From assembly GCA_002269645.1 (NCBI GenBank), contig NIVC01000172.1, forward strand, positions 18,535-82,534: a DNA stretch of 64,000 nt. The letters are read 5' to 3'. How positions within the stretch are numbered: the stretch's first letter is position 1; every line of letters starts with the position of its first letter. This stretch comes from Macrostomum lignano. Taxonomy: Eukaryota. Made by a program: the position numbers and the translations under genes. Positions 63,170 through 64,000 of this stretch are shown here, in pieces. The notes under the pieces were generated by a model, which was given only the letters and a program-made list of their open reading frames with translations, ran no database searches and was not told the DNA's origin.

Positions 63170-63457
63170 GATTGCAACTGCCTCGATTGGGCGAGATGTA
63201 CAACCGACAGCTCAGCCGCAGCCATTGCGCGGCGCATCTGAAGGCTGAGTACGGCTGTTCAGTTTAAGGACTGGGGGGGTCGCCACACACCCTCAATTAC
63301 CCCAGCTAATGCTGGGACCCACTTTACAGCTCGGTGAAGTGAAGCAATGCAGAGTTAAGTGTCTTGCTCAAGGATTCAAATTGTTCCAGTGGGATCGAGA
63401 ATCGAACCCCCGACCTTCAAGTCGCAAGTCCGACGCTCTAACCACTAGGCTGCAACC
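63170..63457 (-). mobile_element. tRNA-derived SINE (family A), full-length copy
   Basis: Reverse complement aligns along its length with 9452-9725. Confidence 0.88.
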
Positions 63458-63487
63458 TTTCTCTTCCTATCCATGGAATAGCCATCT

Positions 63488-63705
63488 ACTTAGTCCTATC
63501 CTTAGTCCTATCCTTAGTCCTATCCTTAGTCCTATCCTTAGTCCTATCCTTAGTCCTATCCTTAGTCCTATCCTTAGTCCTATCCTTAGTCCTATCCTTA
63601 GTCCTATCCTTAGTCCTATCCTTAGTCCTATCCTTAGTCCTATCCTTAGTCCTATCCTTAGTCCTATCCTTAGTCCTATCCTTAGTCCTATCCTTAGTCC
63701 TATCC
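63488..63705. repeat. 12-bp perfect repeat TTAGTCCTATCC, ~18 units
   Basis: Read directly. Confidence 0.97.
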
Positions 63706-64000
63706 GACAGCTTTGGGTAGAGCAGCTCAGTGAAAAACGCGTCTGACCCCTGGAATTCCGTGTAAGGCCACACATTCATTTGGAGCTTGTGCACAAAAAA
63801 TTGACCGGGGATTGTCGTAATATTTTTTAGTGTTCACCCTGGGTGAGCAGGTGAATGAGTAAGTACCTGAGTACAGTAACTGCCGCGCTCTTGTATGTGC
63901 TCAGGACTCAGGAGTCAAGCGGAAAGGTCAGAGTTGCCTCACCGCAATTCTCAGTTTAGCATTGAGCCCATCAACTGTGCGTCGGTTTTAAGTGCTGTTT

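Overview
This is a eukaryotic (metazoan) window, not prokaryotic: GT-AG introns, GC-rich exons and repeat-filled introns. Compact genes, abundant minisatellites and an LC8-type dynein light chain suggest a free-living flatworm such as Macrostomum, but this is inference only. Hand-spliced genes with consistent exon phases: a 212-aa unknown protein, an LC8-type dynein light chain, an intronless GLUT/SLC2A transporter (one frameshift in a G run), a 4-exon ~1357-aa multi-cysteine-cluster Toll-like receptor with a TIR plus a second TIR-like domain, a PLEKHB/evectin-like PH protein, an asteroid/ASTE1 PIN nuclease, a 12-exon ~1815-aa NWD1/2-like NACHT-WD40 protein, and an ankyrin-ROC-COR-death-domain DAPK-like protein with no visible kinase domain. 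Mobile DNA: IS630-Tc1-mariner remnants plus a derived MITE, a full-length piggyBac with TTAA TSDs, hAT-type MITEs, a CAAGG-TIR family, an RTE-like LINE 3' end and two tRNA-derived SINE families. About 20 distinct tandem arrays are present; two can be traced to motifs inside transposons in this window. Best leads: the double-TIR TLR, the kinase-less DAPK-like ROCO protein, transposon-seeded intronic satellites, and splice acceptors placed just before many start codons (possible SL trans-splicing or operon). All domain calls are by eye; no searches were run.
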